A stretch of 63,903 bases of DNA, counting the filler. It is 6 parts of 6 records of this genome, joined end to end, with 100 filler letters (N's around TTAATTAATTAA, not from the genome) between each part and the next. Parts side by side here need not be neighbours in the genome. Positions count along the whole stretch, not along the records: positions 58,731 to 63,903 come from DRR723986_6541; 5 more parts are not named here. The stretch is one strand, 5' to 3'. The position numbers and the translations under genes are program-made. Shown here in pieces: positions 60,141-63,903 of the stretch. The notes below the pieces were generated by a model, which saw only the letters and a list, made by a program, of their open reading frames with translations, did not search any database and was not told the origin of the DNA. Positions within the stretch are counted from its first letter, which is position 1; each line of letters starts with the position of its first letter.

Positions 60141-61292
60141 TTATTCGACATCCCGCGCGGCAAGCGCCAGACGGATTTCACGCCGCACCAGCCTGCGCAC
60201 ATTGCGCGTGATGCGAACGCCCATCTCGCCCTGAAGCTCATCTCGGACGACCTCGGCGATGATCTCTCGCAAAGCTGCTTCATCCACAAAGCTTTCGCCG
60301 TCATCGGGGAAAGTGAACGGGCTTTCGCCCAGATCCTCGACATCTTCCGGCGACGCGGATGGCGCATCGGGTTCCCCTGCGTCGGAGGCGAGGAAATCAG
60401 TCACGACCTCATCGGCCTCGGCTTCGGCGTCGGCCTCCGCTTGAAGGATCCCAGCCAGCTCTGCCGCAACCTGTTGTGCCACATCCTCGGCAATGACCGT
60501 CTCCCTGTCCGGCACAGCATCTTCGTCAATCTGTTGTCGGCTTTCGGACCGGGCGCGGACGATCTCGACCTTCACGCGCGGCGTCTCTTCAGGCGTGTTT
60601 TCACCCGGATCTGCATGTGCCGCGCGGGATTCGGCCAATTCCAGTGTTGGCGTTGGCAGATCGCCATCCTGCATGGCCGCGTTGTCTTCCTCCGGCTCAT
60701 AGTCGCTGACGCTCGACGTGCTGCGAATGAATGAAAGCGGCACATCCGGAAAGCTGTCGTCCAGCGTGTCCTCAACCGCGCTCGCTGCGTCGTGCAACAG
60801 GGCCTCGGTCACGTCGATCGGGTCTGTCAGCCCGTCATCCGCCCCGGAAGGCGCATCCTCGTCAGATGGTGAAATCCCTGCTTCCCACTGATCGGCCTGC
60901 AACTGCGGGTCCGGCGCGTGATCTTCGGACGTATCCGGCAACGAATCGGACTCGGGGACCGCTTCGGCCCAAAGCTCTTTCGCCCAATCGGCGCCGTCAT
61001 CGCGGGCGATATCGGGGTTTTCATTTTCGGACTGTGGCCCCGGCCATTTCTCCTCGGCGCGCGGAGTGATCGGAACCCACGGATCCTCGGGGTCCGTCAC
61101 GCGCAATGCCGGTGTCAGGATAAGCCGGTCACTTGCCGCTGCGACCTGTGGCTCTGCAATTTCGGGCGTTGTGGCTGGCGGCTCTTGTGCACGGGCGGGT
61201 TCGGACCGTGCCGGCGGCTGATGCTCGGATACGAGTCGCCTGATCGAGGACAGAACATCCTCGATCTCATCGGATTTCGCCGCATCTGCCAT
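60141..61292 (-). CDS. PopZ-like acidic polar protein
   Basis: IEDVLSSIRRLV N-terminal helix, a long P/E/D-rich linker and C-terminal helices; follows pcm-tolC. Confidence 0.7.
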   Translation of the reverse strand: MADAAKSDEIEDVLSSIRRLVSEHQPPARSEPARAQEPPATTPEIAEPQVAAASDRLILTPALRVTDPEDPWVPITPRAEEKWPGPQSENENPDIARDDGADWAKELWAEAVPESDSLPDTSEDHAPDPQLQADQWEAGISPSDEDAPSGADDGLTDPIDVTEALLHDAASAVEDTLDDSFPDVPLSFIRSTSSVSDYEPEEDNAAMQDGDLPTPTLELAESRAAHADPGENTPEETPRVKVEIVRARSESRQQIDEDAVPDRETVIAEDVAQQVAAELAGILQAEADAEAEADEVVTDFLASDAGEPDAPSASPEDVEDLGESPFTFPDDGESFVDEAALREIIAEVVRDELQGEMGVRITRNVRRLVRREIRLALAARDVE

Positions 61293-61409
61293 AAGCACCA
61301 CTCCGCTCTTGCCGCACCTGCCCCGGGGCACAAGGGTTTGTTTTCCCGGCAGGATAGACTCAGCGGGCCGTTCGGGCAATGGATAGCTAAACTTGCGCCT
61401 ATTGTTGCA

Positions 61410-62786
61410 TCAATCGCGCCCGTAGCGTTCCAGCAAGGCGTCCAGTTGTTGGCCCTGACGAGAGATAGGCCGCATCGGTGCGCCGCTGACCGCGTTGTAG
61501 TATTCGGTCGGGTCGTATTCCGGCACGTCGAGCCCCAGATGTTCGACAGTCAAAAGCCCCATGGCGGCCAGCAAACCATAGCTAGCGGTGTACAAAGAGG
61601 TCTGTGCCTCGATCAAGCCGATCCGGGCCTCCAGCAAGTCCTGTTCCGCATCCAGCACATCCAGTGTGGTCCGGGCGCCAAGCGAGGCTTCCTCCTGAAT
61701 CCCACGAAATGCCAATTGGCTGGCGCGGATCTGTTGCTGAGACGCCTGGATAGAGGCCGAGGCAATACGGATTTGCGCATATGCATTGCCGATTCCCTGC
61801 AAAACCTCGCGGGTGGCATAGTTCAGCTCGGCCTGGGTCGCGTGCAGCGTCGCCAGCGCAATCCGTTCGGCGGACGCCAGGCGCCCGCCCGCGTAAAGCG
61901 GCTGCGTCAGTTCGATGCTCAGCCGGGTGGAGCCTTCGCCGCCTGCCGACGGCGCCGGATCGAACCCGGTCGAGGCCGTCACATTCACCTCGGGTCCATA
62001 GTCAGTACGAGCCGCCGCGAGGCTGAGCTCATCCGCACGTGCTTCGTGCTGGAGCGACAGGATCGACGGATGAGAGACCCGCGCAATCGCAATGGCCTCG
62101 TCTTCGGAGGACGGCAAAGTCGGGAAACCGCCGGGGCCGGTCAGCCCGTTGGGAGCGCGCCCCACGGCTATCTCAAAGAGTTCCCGGTCGATCATCAACG
62201 CGCCTTGCGCCGCAACCAGGGCGCCACGCGCCTGCGCCAGCTGCGCTTCGGCCTGCGCCACGTCCGTTCGGGTCGCTTCGCCCACCTCGAACCGGTCTTC
62301 GGCGGCGCGCAACTGCTGTGTGATCACCCGGACGTTGCTTTCGCGGACCTGCACGACCTGCATGTCCCGCCAGATCTGCATGTAGGCCGTCACCGCGTCC
62401 AGCAGAACCCGCTGTTCAAGGTTAACAAGGCCCTGACGTGCCGCCAGAACGGTTTCCTGCGCGGCATCGCGGGCCAGACGGCGGCCACCGCCGTCATAGA
62501 CCAGCATCGAGGCCACAAGGCTGAGCCGGTCGGTCTGGCGGTCGGCCGGAATATCCCATTGCGACGACGCCACGAAGGACAGGACAGGCCGCAAGCCCGC
62601 GACCTGCTGTGCAACGCTTTCGTCCTGAAGCCGCAGGAGATAGCGGTTCTGCTCAAGGAGATCAGAGTTTCTGTAGGCATCGGCCAACGCATCGGACAGC
62701 CCGTCTGCACTTGCCGTCAAGGGCGATAATGCGGCACTGACCGCGATGGCCGTGGCGGCCAGATGTCTCAAGATCGTCGCACGCAT
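61410..62786 (-). CDS. TolC-family outer membrane protein
   Basis: RFEVGEATRTDVAQAEA and GARTTLDVLDAEQ. Confidence 0.93.
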   Translation of the reverse strand: MRATILRHLAATAIAVSAALSPLTASADGLSDALADAYRNSDLLEQNRYLLRLQDESVAQQVAGLRPVLSFVASSQWDIPADRQTDRLSLVASMLVYDGGGRRLARDAAQETVLAARQGLVNLEQRVLLDAVTAYMQIWRDMQVVQVRESNVRVITQQLRAAEDRFEVGEATRTDVAQAEAQLAQARGALVAAQGALMIDRELFEIAVGRAPNGLTGPGGFPTLPSSEDEAIAIARVSHPSILSLQHEARADELSLAAARTDYGPEVNVTASTGFDPAPSAGGEGSTRLSIELTQPLYAGGRLASAERIALATLHATQAELNYATREVLQGIGNAYAQIRIASASIQASQQQIRASQLAFRGIQEEASLGARTTLDVLDAEQDLLEARIGLIEAQTSLYTASYGLLAAMGLLTVEHLGLDVPEYDPTEYYNAVSGAPMRPISRQGQQLDALLERYGRD

Positions 62787-62836
62787 ATGTTCTTTCCCCC
62801 GGTCACGCCCCCCGGTGGGAAACCCGGGGATACCTT

Positions 62837-63490
62837 TTATAAGACGAAACCCGACTGCTTTGTGAAGCCGGGAAGAACAGGTGCCGTGGCGTTAAAGGCC
62901 ATGCGCCAGTTCATCTTGCCATCCAATTTGTGCCCGATCCGACATTCTCCAAGGGCACCGTCCATGAAAATCGCCGCAATGCGGCCGCCATCCTTGAGTT
63001 GGTCGGTCAGGGCTGCAGGAATAACCTCGACCCCGCCCTCGACGCAGATCACATCAAAAGGCCCATGCTTGGCGCTGCCGGCAACCAATGCGCCCTCGAT
63101 CACGGCCACGTTGTCCACGCCCTGTTCACCCAGGGTGGATTGTGCGTCTTCTGCCATGCCCTCGATCTCTTCGACGGCCACGACCGCTTCGGCCAGATGT
63201 GCCAGAACCGCTGCGGAATAACCAAGCCCGCACCCAAGATCCAGCACCAGTTCGTCCTGTCCGACATTCAGGGCATCCAGCATCTTGCCCTGTGTGCGCG
63301 GCTCCAGCACGGTGCGGCCACCAGGCAGCAGGACGTTTTCGCCCACATAGGCGACGTTACGCAGCGATTCAGGCAGATAGGCCTCGCGCGCGACGGTCAG
63401 CATGGCTTCGATGATATTGAACTTCGTCACGTCCTGCGGGCGGACCTGAGTGTCAACCATCACGGTGCGGAGAGTTGCGAAATCTTGCAT
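62837..63490 (-). CDS. pcm: Protein-L-isoaspartate O-methyltransferase
   Basis: [23 protein letters not shown] and QLKDGGR. Confidence 0.9.
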   Translation of the reverse strand: MQDFATLRTVMVDTQVRPQDVTKFNIIEAMLTVAREAYLPESLRNVAYVGENVLLPGGRTVLEPRTQGKMLDALNVGQDELVLDLGCGLGYSAAVLAHLAEAVVAVEEIEGMAEDAQSTLGEQGVDNVAVIEGALVAGSAKHGPFDVICVEGGVEVIPAALTDQLKDGGRIAAIFMDGALGECRIGHKLDGKMNWRMAFNATAPVLPGFTKQSGFVL

Positions 63491-63657
63491 GTGCGAACCC
63501 GGGAAGCTTGTTGTTTCGCCCCTCTTGCCACAGCGCGCCAGCAGGGGCAACGGACAAGCCGCCGCGCGCGTCCTGCGTAAAGACCAGCGATGCAGAAACA
63601 GCGCATGCGCGGTTGCATCACGCAAAGCGTTCGAGCTAAATGCTCAGACACCACGCA

Positions 63658-63737
63658 GGCGAGTTGGCGGAGTGGTCGAACGCAACGGTTTGCAAAACCG
63701 TATTCCATCACCGGTTCGAATCCGGTACTCGCCTCCA
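63658..63737 (+). tRNA. tRNA-Cys(GCA), atypical (enlarged D-loop and variable region)
   Basis: Acceptor GGCGAGT/ACTCGCC, T73, CCA; anticodon arm ACGGT-TTGCAAA-ACCGT; T-arm ACCGG-TTCGAAT-CCGGT. Confidence 0.85.
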
Positions 63738-63876
63738 GGTTTCAACCATTCGAGCGATCCAGTGCTACACGACATCGCGGCTGAAATCGGCCGCGGGGGA
63801 ACCACACTCATCTCGATCAAAAGAGCCGCTTGCACAAACACCACGAATGGGGCAAAAGCGCGCCAACACCACCGGC

Positions 63877-63903
63877 GGCGAGTTGGCGGAGTGGTGACGC
63901 AGC
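63877..63903 (+). tRNA. Second probable tRNA-Cys, 5' part (truncated by the window end)
   Basis: First 19 nt are identical to the 63658 copy, then a shorter, normal-looking D-loop. Confidence 0.75.

Noticed and set aside
60918-62729. Long antisense ORFs (603 aa here; also 29163-30494 and 35532-36461)
   Set aside because: Shadow ORFs opposite clear genes in GC-rich DNA, with no recognisable motifs.

Overview
The window is not one locus. It is six unrelated contigs joined by artificial 100-nt spacers (N-run, TTAATTAATTAA, N-run) at 11960-12059, 28500-28599, 37932-38031, 44051-44150 and 58631-58730. Contig 1 (1-11959) looks like a complete ~11.9-kb integrative element, probably from a planctomycete, bounded by a duplicated 3' half of tRNA-Arg(CCT). 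It carries a tyrosine integrase, three excisionase-like HTH genes, a phage-type replication initiator with internal iterons, a DnaB helicase, an XRE repressor with twin operators, and structured leader RNAs. Its only recognisable virion gene is a tail tape-measure-like protein; no capsid, portal or terminase is recognisable. It is the best candidate for an undescribed system, a tail-modifying phage satellite. Contig 2 (Rhodobacteraceae-like) holds the end of a dusA-integrated island (IS-disrupted WYL regulator, nucleotidyltransferase pair, orphan iterons, CoiA-like nuclease, AAA+ ATPase, PrtN). After that come a GntR/ABC transporter/racemase operon, whose binding-protein gene has one in-frame TGA, and a GAF-Fis regulator with an aldehyde dehydrogenase. 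Contig 3: nosZ-nosR with a Crp/Fnr regulator. Contig 4: hemN-fnrL-usp-ccoN with FNR boxes. Contig 5: alphaproteobacterial housekeeping genes (nlpD, yajC-secDF, hom, glpX, recJ, tRNA-Glu). Contig 6: efp, rhomboid, PopZ-like, TolC, pcm and two tandem tRNA-Cys genes, one atypical. All family calls come from motif recognition by eye; no database search was run.
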